A stretch of DNA of 64,000 bases from Gammaproteobacteria bacterium (GCA_965277405.1 OZ255726.1:1504001-1568000), one strand, 5' to 3'; counted from the stretch's first letter, positions 41,801 through 52,300 are shown. Notes: generated by a model from the letters alone, not told the origin. Program-made: numbers and translations.

Positions 41801-43346
41801 GAAAATTATAGCTGGCGATAGTACTTTAACAAATAAATCAATACCACTTGACCGTGGACCGAATGTTATAAAATTTGCGGAGCATAACTTACCGGTTAAT
41901 TTTAAAGCATTACATTTAAAAATAGATTCAGAGACTGCGCAGCCACCACCAAGAATCTTAGCATCGTTATATTATACATATCAAACTGGTCAAACCGTGA
42001 GTATTGAACTGCAACAACCCGCCGCGAGGAATAGAAAATTTGCATCGCCTACGCATACACGCGGCGTTAAGATTACAGCTAGTAGCACTCCAGCGTTCCA
42101 ATTATATAACAACATTAACAATACTATTAAATGGTACAGGAATAACAATGCCAACAATGCCACTGCAATACTTGGTAATTGGCCAACACCATATGGTAAT
42201 CTTGCAGCAGCAGCAGGTGATAATGGTACTGGCTTTAATAATGGTTCGGACTTTATACTAACAACGCAAATAGAAGACGTATCTCCTAGTTCACAATATG
42301 CCGCATTTGCTGCCAATGGCTACCGTTTTGATGAATTTGTAGATAATAGTTTTGATATTTATCCAGCTACCGTTAGCGTTGATAAATATGCCTACGGCTA
42401 TATAATTCCCAATACTTTTAGCACATTGTATGCATCTGGGCTAGATGCAACGAAGACTAAAATAGTATTATATAATTCCGCCATGGATGCTGTGCTGGAT
42501 ACTATTACAACAACAGCACTTGCGAACCCCAGTGGTGCTGATGGCAGTGAAGTCAGCACCAGCGCAGCCAGCGCACGCATTAAACCATATTTTTTGCCTA
42601 ATGGTGGTGTGTATTATGTGATTGCAGATAACCCGATTGCCTTGTGGGCAAACATTTATAACAGCAATCTAAATAGTGATGAATATAATCAAAGATATAC
42701 GGTAAACCTTATTGGTTCAAATACTATTTCTAACACAAATAGCTTGTTTAGAATAACCAGTCCAATACCTGAGGTTACAAATGACTATGAATATGGTGTT
42801 GTCCGCGCTGACGCAGCGTATAAAAAAATCTCTTGGAACTATAAAGATATTGTGGCACCACCCGCCTTGATTACCCATTATGCTGTTTTTGTTGAAAGCA
42901 CAAATACAGGTGAACACAGTAGTGATCAGTGGATATCACAACGAAAGGTGCTGGTTGCGGCGATACAACCAGTTGCCGATGTTGCTGATAACAGTATGGA
43001 ATTCAATGTTGCAGATACTAATAATAGAACATGCAAAGTTTTATCTTATTATAGTTCTAGGGAGAGTGCTGATGATAGTCCCACGGATAGTGCTGAAACT
43101 GTTAATTCGTTTGATTACATTCAATTTAAGAATAATTATAATAACGCATCATGTGCTACTGGAATAATCCCCCCACAACCAGCTGATACTGGCTCTATTT
43201 TTAGTATTACTGTATTTGGACTGTCTTCACAAATTTCTAACATTGCAAATATTAGGGCAAACGTGATAGACAGTAAGGAATTTTACACGACGTATTCCAA
43301 TCAAATAACTACACAAACATCAATGAATTTCACGTATGAGAATTAA
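29859..43346 (+). CDS. Giant predicted lipoprotein A (about 4495 aa): Ig-like repeats, FN3, IgGFc-binding-like and PEBP-like C-terminal domains; probable surface adhesin
   Basis: 13.5-kb ORF; ATG at 29859 after AGGA; hydrophobic signal with lipobox LVAG-C26; beta-strand-type, D/N/S/T-rich sequence; recurring ID[ST]RP junction motifs. Confidence 0.85.
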   Translation: MLLRLMRQNYVIYGIIMLLFGLVAGCQDNAPSEDELLAAGLLTGDAYSPQPTVFKVIKECVGNITDPVDPQQECASLGNDVPIARESFNTGTLNGKENPLLLYLEFDHPVYFNEARQAKIQLTNAQWTNAGAATKLIKPVKINEKGEFSSVIDNIDMPQAYQHFILGLLHGESDGDSVTVVVPADFVYRKTDSGYIAYNSVTIKLSFIEDRSPPTATFEFTDGMEYLNNDKYIGVDYEQYGEIEFDVVLSENVWIGAEVSSDAADFDENSFSSFFRNKPRKRTGSYIKKNSDLYRASTINNARELEDGVRKLTFKLKNTNDAEGGSDGYIAIADGSLPTHGGDYGFQLKKNTLCDEAGNCVDSLAKQLIVDSKPPKIKAVTASLGAGATAKLNAGSVLMVGVWFDEEVVKPTGMRLKFAIGNGAEGLGDKPRYLTVTGAACDDGDEECKQSDADNDFWQYSYTVSSGDGTNKAGYIYDNSDVAACDAVDDDSGVETCNAADDNSAVAAQWSSDINNMLQLVPGEQESFAGEQPQFAEVVDAYGNVMQVAEDIVITHGYIPTDNNLYFTKRPTVDVDIAVFNSKKIDAIAPRLDFPINGDAIKLNYVSTVMSGSQSTAAGDNRVIGVYAQAEKNTLRSGEFISIAVPFTEKLSIKRDASGQPILANWSDPSAWGITDLVISGRSGVGEPLQEYVLDYTADLTAQVISGSRGDEDIDVTGEILFVEYPGIEQDVTADRKYLVYSKEISETVFGEGLMRTSFVVKHIRNFAQVTDMHGNTIVGVDGKELAADNLLQIDVPRSELKLVTSPFKIDTVALYRYDEQEDTDNHNHKYLRKVTDASASKIEYMGLTATSPYTYFVGIHFTDEVAQSTDVGSWQPYQEFARLSPLRLRVGVNGDDNGKVFTIVPSRDGGGSANRYTIKKGINDDELVRNPADGNVNNWVFYRIDITNDLRGYQDDDGLEILTATIGVDGAGDNQIFTADNIPLVGAFDTGSNEHYVLRFAVIDTIAPVCNTIYLTDDGGGGQKIAKDGESNSIPRNKRLYGTSLQNSAHREIYLIFSCDKQLKSITNDAATDLFGIPLKYGPNQRLVSYFQYKKLITDNDDNSMIVYQHKFQQNSVAAQIGDVSGDFSLGKDQDQNPLRYKYDVETNSIQVTTDSIFKDAAFNDAAVASAVFNDLSFTAYNPTTDAATEQYVQFGAVDREFNTFVIDSRAHPVRLDWSTDSGVYNTTDRNKIYLKVYFGSEDKIAENVTYRHIHKITDFDTSSQVTIKLDLTNTDADNEFVFDSFINKHGDSIDDAHESAAVGIRFVYNITADASRGLKKIDSLGASVLNTMPRGLYATGEFIKFDGSTVDVSSELDYKINDKYINEVSEDVDKVSIDSFVPKVILPDLTSDRNQQLPIEVYSRRYKTEGRSNIKLQYRHNDNAKINPDITFSELVFKLNFNQQVNKFNTDDESNELDAYLGKNIKLYFHITTDEDNAMQQTARYLPILEYKEMFDKSGDNNRLAYSNQSLYFIYNFNTRGQIGVGIDFNGIEIKNESGGIFYDIKDINRNKWDYSSLQSNIDFAYKVNMVRGVIVESIDITPDITNDVVRYDTPTDIVVKLNKRLFIGEDVTAEIAIKLVMNIAEDLSLDLRQDTYAILVRSSLNAGSEPTNDISNNADADGSSELLFRFRLDQEVDDDRLDDADGGITIAPDLYICSNNNEQVRHSAENCTAYVSSNDESADESLKRNDLYFKTYKDLDNDPNTAKTKQLENFDTLDAKLDDFNYTYGANSRLHRVVAVNSDNLDDSIRLYYKDAATDKLTLADTNSAHVFRKNAQVYLGAKFNLSRSVNPDLTANKFDAASLNNSNIQFKVVLYDPADEDAITEKPLLFDFYKVSKVADFAVADNPGDNAQWLLFNATLDGGYFATPVTGDKSIKVDFTDNIQYSNASELYAFSTIYHKSINAGLLKVNTVSQEESITVVTARSQPLLGYSIDSRPYVLSVENISDYTNDVISKRDTLKFKLVFSEPIMWVGDATSDTTVHAKLTITKRNDSSYSAVKDITFAVTALASDATANNAIQIEFNHWSQSQLLIDTQADDYETNLEFSNIVYSTDARLKSADTSAIVAPNLTDIRYNEKLRIYTKKIELDKENIKYGVVPVAGNTCVEKRVIYYNNRFCIEISFKGGAGNERFQYNYGNNVESAGIRITAKKPNSSQLAVDDFLFGMSIDASLVTNIPSDTIVFTVATAQFNVGLSNINPYNGESIPPASFTLIDSSIKIDGYGTLTSYLGDLDNGDTTADFPATLQIDSRPQVDNNDISILPTTKWLPATNITITLPLHQSSSDGYSLYQSGDAEYANYYLEAYLLNTSEQIEHSSNTIKLPLKEISGDSLVFSGVPPQGIANGRYYLKIEEHIRREDEDGSNIINDDNYIINYKSFESYISPAIEIDTSKREFNEVELSYANAIDDVWGNSVIHEIKPSNNRLILRNGSYLVFDFRTNIGSFSANDSIQIADQEIYTGLSITALINGVERNVDSKVLLNDNATTTLNTSNNSTDATVLRFYYQLTAADYSTDASGNPITTIELQQNSFITDHSHDAFTYDDENHIVFSSVLAYSYTYNHVNNSGELTNKTVIDTRPYIKAICFSNNTDICFANNTDDRQSAQHLIAKDNSHDLSLLVAFSGNIGYSDVTGDVTVDFAFIDGDNNSSPLRYADNEIITGTYKLSFLNSDISNNRLRLDVIQLPAGIDTRTNINVLKLSNFVFSAAAATSIVSNETGQNNTTLDFSDQVAAMKTGTVHSVYTKELQLAAANPYVWKYSNCNDNGSLAAIDENVNMYDKCLVLGITFALNANTSITGINDDDDSLNATISVSGDGVQGTPITLAYHSLTAVGSFVNDRIYLQSEQLKNAHANYSYNSNNYLKLSISEPENFIQTVFYNIDNNNDTTTTKNLPLIFDLTIAELPDVTIDTRMLLTDITVDDGLIYTATDTIAVHYVFSQILSNWSSIANAVVARFHIYDPSEPTIVIADITADITTDIEYQDNYALKSSINISDISGDSMNYNTLNAGGYALKLVDITIDSSGSAADYTSVNGNFYNFDAAVAIVKQGLKIQKVATNITSITVKFKRENSSEISDFIHETQVLTAGDTLIFELDTNTNTHDSNGLKQNTNLKYKFLLAGTEKTTDAAEFVSSSNNNNNFDKVRFAYRIASGDYANISVNESLAFTHVELNAYADMFDNGVLLAADGDVTVALSTQGAASIVAFNTREDADNPFIRINTAVKFSNISMRSVGALQANGRTTDYLYPPGYSHQLCLADSQSSRNTLQISLTLPAGYNFKIGSEPSTVTNDNSTKLVIDLSPDSGGGIVTKELILYNYNVGSKTLDFSADLSDLSDDKEYKYAVKLKAVTNLGGDAGIVVNGSGGNANNAEFLDQIFLNYGQGILSGYTVTTDKVSPASITVLSSNRDENHIAVYNVKNNNLTDDSKYYQLTEAVVNDGSLYETITLTVVDDGFNADANPSNFKLLGALAALYTIDSATPMLTNSKKLIIHISPKLNIDDLTAANNNTIQIAALDNVFENTACSATVLNSIMPFNVKYGDLSLAVAEEDQSQFAIIEQENADGGYKDVGLFNHKIVLQINTAAGLNEQWNKIQYSNTQDVLNNFLDTANLLLDGLIPTVTQKSATQLTYKLSGNVTPHSSDRASDTAKGFSFVQPNITELKFLLQGETEDIIIKNVKIDSIHDGFRYIFKDFIDVIKNVTVDLITSSSARLNFNKIFEPSGASVTKYEVEYTDSHNNVNTLTTSHIAAGRSVHLTGLSANEQYSVKIQYTLTDASGDTPSGYSRSSRFITPAALDDALFNPVGYVYPNIHGSRSIDIATLNTTVFSIYKTFNSARNKVTGSVITDNDYVPGFKSATIAANSIQSITFDEASAVNKQYFIHSDNPLQIIGYRYRTVPKSSYMFVNILPDIKHSADELVYVNPRPDQDIYESELSVLSSEEWILKMKIIAGDSTLTNKSIPLDRGPNVIKFAEHNLPVNFKALHLKIDSETAQPPPRILASLYYTYQTGQTVSIELQQPAARNRKFASPTHTRGVKITASSTPAFQLYNNINNTIKWYRNNNANNATAILGNWPTPYGNLAAAAGDNGTGFNNGSDFILTTQIEDVSPSSQYAAFAANGYRFDEFVDNSFDIYPATVSVDKYAYGYIIPNTFSTLYASGLDATKTKIVLYNSAMDAVLDTITTTALANPSGADGSEVSTSAASARIKPYFLPNGGVYYVIADNPIALWANIYNSNLNSDEYNQRYTVNLIGSNTISNTNSLFRITSPIPEVTNDYEYGVVRADAAYKKISWNYKDIVAPPALITHYAVFVESTNTGEHSSDQWISQRKVLVAAIQPVADVADNSMEFNVADTNNRTCKVLSYYSSRESADDSPTDSAETVNSFDYIQFKNNYNNASCATGIIPPQPADTGSIFSITVFGLSSQISNIANIRANVIDSKEFYTTYSNQITTQTSMNFTYEN
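37731..37778 (+). repeat. 24-bp in-frame duplication (ICFSNNTD/ICFANNTD)
   Basis: Read directly. Confidence 0.85.
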
Positions 43347-43371
43347 GCGAGTTCATATATGAGAATTAAGC
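43325..43371 (+). repeat. About 23-bp tandem duplication at the A/B junction (core TATGAGAATTAAGC x2)
   Basis: 43335-43348 is identical to 43358-43371. Confidence 0.9.
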
Positions 43372-46300
43372 AAATGGCAAGTTCACTGGCATATACCAAA
43401 CAATATATTTGGAGATCTACGGCTATCGCCTTGCTGTTTATGCTCTCAGCGTGTACGGATGGCGCAGGTACAGTAACAGAGGAAAATTTAAGGCAGGCAG
43501 GGTTATTAACAAAAGCTGTTATTACTCCTGTTATCACTGATATTGTATTAGAAAAAATATGCACGGCTGCAGATTATACCGCTTGTAATAATAGCAATAA
43601 TCTTATTGATCCGTTTGCAGTAAATCAAACTACCATACAGGGTGATGCATTTGTTTATATCTTTAAAGTGGTATTTGATAGCAACAACGAACCTTTTCTC
43701 AACAAGGCAACATTGCGCACAGTTGAATTAGATAATGCCGAATTTGCTGATGCCACAATCCCTGTAAGCTCGCTTGCAGATGTTAATAAACAAGCAGATG
43801 ATGAAGATCCAAACAATGCAACAGCTACCGAGTTATATGCACAGCCTGCGTTTGAGGACAGATATACATACGCTATTTTAAAACCAATTGCCTTTACGGG
43901 TTCGGCTACTACTGGTAGTGGCTTAACTATTACCATCCCTGCAGGCTGGGTGTTTACGGTGAGTGGCAAAGGTGAGCCGATTTTTAATTCGGCATCATTT
44001 AGCAAAACCTTTACCATAGATTTGCTCCAACCTAAAATATCTGCGATATCTTTTGATCCGCCAACTGTCGGCGAATTGGTTAATAATGGCTATATTGGAA
44101 TTACTGATGCATTTAATAAGATTAATATATATATTACATTCAATAAAAATATGTATAAAAAAATTATTAAAGATAAAGATGATAAATATCATAAAAATAT
44201 AGACACAAATGATGATTTATTAGAGTGGGGAGATGTTAGTCACTCATCGATAAAAAAGTATGAGTTTCAATATAAAAGCGGGCTGACGGGAAGCAATGTT
44301 TTAATATTTACACTGTCAATAACTCCAAGTGCTGCGTCTGCATTGCAACACGATACTAAATTTAGCTTGCATCTTGCCAGTGATGCATTGGTAGATGCGG
44401 TTGGTAATGTCTTAGGTGGCATAGATCAAAATGATGATTTAAATATCTATTATCAAGATGATACCAGCAACACAATATTCACTGTAGATGCGCTAAAACC
44501 CCAATTACAGATTCCGGCACTGGCTGCACCACAAGTTCACAATGATGATGTTTACGACGGACGCACTGAAGTACTTGGAATTGGTGATAGCGTAAGTGTT
44601 GTATTAACATTTACTGAAAAGGTAACTTTTAATAATCACAATAACTTGCGTTTTAAAGTATTAGTAAGTGAGAATAATTATTCTAGTATAAATCCAAAAT
44701 ATTTTGTATTGACCTCTCCCGTTAAACAAGGAATACAACCGCTCGAATCATCTGACAAATTTACACTGACATATACTGTTAAAGAAGGTGATGGTGATAA
44801 CAATATAAATAGTGAAGATGGAAGACATTTTGCTAATAGTTCAGGATGGAACAGTGATCTTGCTGATAGAATTGATTTGCCTGAACAAAACTTGGTTGTT
44901 TATGATCAAGCGGGAAACTCTGTTGCAAATCTTTTGATAAATAGCTTGGAGTTGCCAGTTAATGGAGAAATTGATCAAGTTATAATTGATGGTAAACGAC
45001 CACAGCTTGGAGTTGATGGTATAACCAGCCGATTAAGCCGATTTATGAGCGGTGTACTAGGCGTTGAATCAGTTTATATTCAACAAAATGATAAGCTAGT
45101 TGTCGGAGTATATAGTAGCGAAAAACTAAAAACTAAAATCGACGGTAGCAATTATGACTTCAGGAGTGGTTCGATTTTAACCAGCGCCACGGCAATTGTA
45201 GACTTTTATAACACAGCTGGTGAATCGTTAAACAACCCCATCACCTTGGAGTATGACGCAGAACTATCGAAAATAAATATTCCTCATTCAAGCACAACAA
45301 CTATAGATGGCTCAAGCGATGTCCATAAAGATTTACGTGAAAAAATACACAAGGAAATATTTGGAGGTGATGCAACTAGTTTTGGTGTTGCTGATTTTAA
45401 ATATCCAATTAATAGGCTAGTTTTTTACAGTGCTCTTATGCCTGATCGCGAAGAGGCTGCGCAGTTACAACTTACCTCGATGCAGTTCAATAACACTGAT
45501 GTAACTAATCTGGTCGATTTTGCAGGTAATACATTGCAAGACCTTGATCCAGGGGGTTCATCTGTTCAGCTTAATCAACCAATTGACATGGGCTCACTCC
45601 AAGGTGATTTTTCAATCGAAGGATTCAATGCCTACCAGATGAATGACGCTGGAACAATGACTGCAGTCACAACGAACAGTAAGCACCGCTACAAAGACTA
45701 TGAATTAATTGCCGATACAATGTTTGTAGCACTGCATCTGAGTAGAGATATCGGTAGCGCGTCTACCAATATTGACTCGATGTCGATGATTGCCACTATT
45801 GATACATCTAATGATATATCTAATACACCTGCTAGCAATACCATAAATGTAATAAGCGAGGCAGCTGAATTAGGTACGGAATATGATTCGTCATATACTA
45901 ATATGATATTTTTTCCGTTTAAGTTGCCCAAACAAGCTGATCAACGGTTGCTAGATACCGACGGAATATCAGTTAAAATACAATGGGGTGATGGTATTCG
46001 GGTTGCAAAAATTAAAGATGAACTAGGCAACTGGCTGGCTGAATCTGGTATTTATTATAATGGCTCACATCTTATGCAGGACATGTTGGTCGATAATATT
46101 GATCCCGTCTGTGAATATAAACTTTCAGGAAAGCAGCTTAGCTATGCCACGCCGATTTTATTTTCATTAGCTGAAAACCACAATGCCCTCTATTTTCATT
46201 TAGTCTGTAATGAGGAAATCGGCTATAAGTACGCAGCTGATATTGCTAAAATACCATTTATCGAAACAGCCTTTGGTTTTGCAACAAATAATACCGATGA

Positions 46301-49300
46301 TACCCCCGACTTTGTCGTCCGTACAGATTTTCAGCAATTGTCGCCAAACAATAACCTGGTGTTTTCGTTGCCTGTAAAACCTGGGTATCAAGCGTACGGT
46401 CATAAACTGCGTATCCGCAACAAATCAGTGCAAAGGTATTATGATGTGACAGCTAACGAAGTTAAAAAAGAACGGATATTTACAGATGCTGCTGGCAATC
46501 CAATCACTACCTATTTTGCTACAGCACCAAACGATAGGTATATAACGCCAAGTGAATTTACAACATATGAGCAGACAGATAGTCCTGCTATTGTTACCAA
46601 CGTCGATATCGTTTTCGATACTCGAGCGTATCCAAAAACTGTTACTTTTTATCGAGCGTCAGCAGGATATCCAAAAGATCACCCAGCAGATACGTCTGGA
46701 AAAATATTGGTATCAACAAGGTATAAACAGTTTGGTGTAGAAATTACATTTAGTGACAAAACAGGCACGGACCGAAACATTGATGTTGCCGGACTAAATC
46801 AAGATGCGCAATTCGACTATTCGCTACCAATGCAGATGACAGACTCGAATCTGGCTGTTACGTTAGCCAGTAAAGTCGTTAATATTGCTGCAAATAGCAA
46901 GACAGTAAAGTTTGTTTTTGATTTGGATGACTTCCCAGGTACAATATATGAAAACCTAAAATTTGATACTGCAAGCATTCATGCATTAATAGATAACAAT
47001 GCAATTCCCAAAATTAAAACAATAAATAATTTCACAAATATTTCTGGAACAAAATATTCGATAACTCAACCTGTTTCTTTATTGTTTCAAGATACAGACA
47101 TTTCTAATGATTTTTTCAATAAAGTTCAAGTAAATAATGTCGTGCCAGAATTTGAAGACAATGTTAAAATTTATTATATTGAAAAACAAGACCCCTCCAG
47201 TGACACTGACCCGTTATACCAAGAGTTAGATATAAGAGCAGATAATGGTGATTTGAATTATGGCACATTCTATATTGCGCTAAGAACTGATGCTGCATTA
47301 ACGGTTAGGCCTAAGATATGGGATGTTGAAAGTGAAGAATTCGTAGAACATGACGTGCAAAATGTAATGTTAAATTTTTATGCTGCTGATTTACCCGTTA
47401 CTGCAAACTATGTGTTACCGACAGAGTTTCATGAAAAAACAGGCAGTACCAGTAGTGATGCGCAGATGATGTATTTTGCATTTGACTTTAATGCAGTGGC
47501 TCAGGCTGGGCGTGATTTTAAATTTTATCAGGCATCTGCAACAACTACAACTGACCGGGCAACCTACATCAGTGGCAATGATACAGCATACCTAGTAGAC
47601 AGATTTCACAATAGCATTGATGTTACCAGTCTCAGTAATGCGTTTTCGTTAGATAAGACATATACAGTTAATCTTGTAGCAACCAAAAATATTGTCAATG
47701 TTGAGTTTGTCGATGATGACTTTGTCACATATCAGTTTGATAATGGCAGACCGTTTTATAGCAATGGCGACACAATTAAATTGAGAGTTGATTTTAATAC
47801 GCTAATAACTTATGCAGAATTTGATAACGAAGTATATGCTATAGATATTGAAGTTGCCGACCAAGATAATTCATCGGATAAAAAGAAACTTTTTTTAGAG
47901 AAAACACTATCAGGAATTAGCACAGATGCATCTGGGAATTTGCATTCGTATTTGATATTTAGTAAACGTATTACAGATTCCATGGAGTTTAATGCTGACA
48001 GCAGGTCATCAGCATTTAAGCTCATCACGGTGAGTGACAATATTTATCTGTGTGCACGGAATGAAATCGACAACACCGAAGTCGCGAACAGCGAACCTCA
48101 TCTTGATTGTGCAAATTCAATGCTAGTAAAGGCAGCTAGTGTGGATGGCAGTGGTGCCCCGCTAAGTTCGCGATTTTCACAACAACAAGTGGACACAATT
48201 GAAAGGTTGCGGATTAACTCAAAACTCAACTATGTGCGCGATGATGGCAACGATAAACCAGTTGTTGCTGCGTATACTAGAGAAAAAGACAGTAGCAATA
48301 CATTAGTAGCAGATAGTGAAAATAAGGTAGTAGCGCTTGATGCAAGCAAGCCATTGCGTCACGGCGATAAGTTATTGTTTGAATTTATTGTAGATTTAGA
48401 TCAAATATATGACTTTACCAGTGCCTCATTGCCAACAAACAGGTTAGTGGTTAAAGAAAATAATGAAAATCTAGCTAAATTAAATATTCAAATTGCAAGG
48501 AGCAGTAATGGTTATGATCTTTTGCCAGTAACGATAGCACTCAACGAAAATTCATCAGAATATAATGATAGTGCAGTTTTATTTGAATATACGGTAAAAA
48601 AAGGGGATCTGAGTAATATCCAAATAACAAAACCATCTAATCAGCATATCAGCGTTGACACACTAACAATTAATACAGCAGATTTATTTGTTGCTAAAAC
48701 TGCAATTGTTGACGAAATACACCAGAATCATATTGACAGCAAATTTGAGAATCCAGTCGACGTTACCTTCGATTTTATTATTGATACCCGCCCATACATT
48801 ACAGCTATTAAAGTTGTCAATAACTTTAATAACACTATATATACTAAAAATGATCAGTTAAAAGTTCAGTTAACTTTTGATCAGTTGGTTATGCCATCAG
48901 CTGCTGTCAGCACCACAACCTCTATGTTGAAAGTGAATTTATCGAGTGATTCCTTAGCTGCTACTTGCCGAGCAGAATTTGCGCTTGCTTATAACAACCA
49001 TAGCGGCAATACAATTGATTTCCAAGGAGCACTGCCCGCGGATTGCCATCAATATGATACAGCGGCACAACTAGTCGTAGCTGAGTTTTATAACAATATA
49101 ACTGCTGATTTAAGTACTAGCGCATATTGGTATTCTGCTGAAATAAGCGTTGCTGCAACCAGTGATAGATTATTGGTAGACCAGCGCCTTGATGTAAGTG
49201 TAGCTGATGGCGGTATTAAACTGTATACCAAACCATTAACATTTGTATCAGCGCAGATTGGCAAAGTAGCGACTACAAATCACAGCTGTTCTGCTGCGCC

Positions 49301-52300
49301 GTCACTACCACCAATCAAAATAAAAATAAACGATACCCTTTGTGTGCAGCTATCAACTCAAAATAACACAGCAACTAACAATGATACTCCCCCCCTCTAC
49401 CTCGTCACAGAGAATAACTCCCCGCAACTGATATTGCAGGGCTTTGGTGTCGATGGAATGCCGCAAGAAATTGCATTCACCCAGCCACAGGTGATTAACG
49501 GTGCAAATGCTACCGATACATCAACTGATATTGTGTTTACTCATACCATAACAAGTAATTCTGCTTGGTTAACAAATCCAGCAAATACAAAATATACATA
49601 CATATATAATGGTGCAGTCAAATTGTTTAACGCGGATAACGCTGATAACGCTGGAGAGCTAACTGCGCCAGCCGACCACCATTATGTCAGGCACGTAAAT
49701 AGCATTCAGGTGCTTGGCAGCGATATCAATACCCCGTCATTCAACTTAGTGGCAAGTGCAGATGCAATACAGCGAGCGTTAACTGCGTTTAATACCAACT
49801 TCTATGTTGATACACGCTCTATATACTACACTATAGACACAAGCACAATACAACCAGTTTCAGCACCATATCTGTTGCAAGATAAGATTACCTTCACCAT
49901 GAATATGAGTGGTGATGAGCAGATTGGTGAACGCTCAATTGGTGATTTTAGATTGCTTGCCGACCTTAGCTCCGACAGAGCGGACACAGCAACATTGGAG
50001 ATTGAATTTGCACTGATTGATACTCCAACAGCAACATTAAAGTTCGTATCCGTAGCATTACCTCCAGACAATAACGGTAGCTATACGCTTAGAAATTTCC
50101 GACCAAAACCCAATACTTCAGATTTAATCAGCAACAGTACTAGAGCGACAATAAATTACGATAAATTCAACGATATTGCAGCTAATATAAAGCTCAATAC
50201 AGGTACCATCGCCTTAGATAGCATTGCCTTACAATTAACTAACAACAGCGATGATGTGAATATCGCCAGCTATCTAGCCAATGTAACTTCATATATTGAC
50301 CTTGCGAATCAACCGCAACTACTCACAACAGCTGATATTGGCAAGTATCTGCTGTTTACAGTATCATCTAGTGAGGCAAATACCAAAGAAACACCCCTGA
50401 AAAAACCCGAGTTAGAGCTAGGACTACGCTTTGTGTTAGACAGGTCAAACGACATAATAAGCCACAGGACAGCTGAATTTGTTGACCTGATACAGCAGGA
50501 AAATGACGACTACACTGCAGACGCTATTTTTAAATATCAAATTCAAGATGGTGATTACAGCAATACCACAGTCAATGACACGCTATTATTTGGTAAAATA
50601 CAATTCAACACAGCCAATGCTGAATTATTGTTTGCTGGAATAACTGATGATAATTATTTTTCTGCTGATGGCGGTTCAGCGGTTGCACTGGATACAACAA
50701 ATTTAAACACCAGTATTGAGGCATTTGCTGACAATTTGCAGATTAATACAGCGAATGACTTTGCCAGCCTAACCATTATAGCTGAAGACGGTGGTGTAAC
50801 CCGAGCCAGCACTGTCTACGTTCAGGAAGAGTCAATATACCTTACATTGGACTCACAACCAGCGTTGCTATATTTCGATCCAGCTACAGCTACGCAACAG
50901 CACGCATATCTTGATGTATCGGTAGACGGTGTCAATGCGCAAGGCTCCACCACGTCAAGCACCTTGCGTTTTCAATTGCAATCATTTGCAACTACTGGGG
51001 AACAGCGCATTAAGTTTAAAGCAAATGTCGCTGCTTTACTCGCGCAATACAACGGCATTACCCCAGATAATCCCCTCACATTCAAATTTTCTACAGCCAC
51101 AATTACCATGCCTGCATCTGCAACAGGCACAACGGTGCAGATATATAGGCAAGTAAATGGTAAAAAAACATATTTGCATAACAAGCTCTGCCACGCAGCC
51201 GCTAACAACTGCAGTATTCAAAATAAATCACTCAGTTTTAACCTAAACAAACTCAAAATTACAGCTATCGCCATTAAAGGCGCACATGCGCCAACTGTTG
51301 TTGCTGATACTCCTGCAGCAGAAATTGCAGCGATTGAGGAAAATTATAATACCTCAGCTTCAGTTGTAGTTAATAACCAACCTGCACGCAATGGTGATGA
51401 TTTACGCACTGGCGATTATTTAATATTTGAAGTTACCACCAATGCCGATGATATCTCGGCTGATTTAGCTAATGACCAACAACTGAAATATGTAACATTC
51501 ACTATTGAGGATTATCAACAACAACCAAAAATATTAAGCTCAATTCTACCAACAGCATTGGCGCAGTATGCCACATACCGTAGGCCCATTATCCAAGCCA
51601 ATACAACGATAGGGTTTCGCTTCTATTACAAAATACAACGTGGTGTGTTTGCTAACATCGCATTTCAAGAAAAAGACTACCCCAATATTAGCATTGGCTA
51701 TAGCGCAGCTGACAACAGCACCTTTATGCCCCATGGGGTTGCAGGCGCGCTGGTAGCCCGATCATTCCATCCCAATGGTAATAATCTGACAGAGAAAGTG
51801 CTCAAACTTACCTCTGAACGCAATCAATTTAACGTAAGCAATGACGCATTGGTTGTCGACACCAGAATACGCGTGACCGCTGTAGCAATTGATGCCGCTT
51901 ATAATCGTGCCACGCAGCTGATAGGGACGCACCCAGATTCAGACAAGACAATAACCGTAACTCTGGATCATAGGGTTACCGCAGGTACTGGTTTTGCGGC
52001 AACAGCTGTGAGGCTCCATGCTGATTTTGCTAATTTTACACCAAATATTGTAGGCGGCACAGACTACAGCACAGACTTTTGGATACAGGAAGATAATAGA
52101 ACCAGATTTACTAGTGGAGTGAACTCAAGCGATACAATTCAATTTACCTTAACTGGGCGGCATGGGCGCGCAGGACCGCATACACGCGTATTAGATTATG
52201 CACAAGACACAGTTAATGCTGAGGGTAATGCTGAGGGATATACGCTCACTTTCAATTCCCTTGCAATCAATACCATCGATTTGTATTGGGAAGAAGAAGA

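Noticed and set aside
43344-43358. A and B as one gene of over 11,000 aa split by a nonsense mutation or read-through
   Set aside because: They share a frame, but B has its own signal peptide and lipobox and repeats the N-terminal architecture of A, so two genes is more parsimonious
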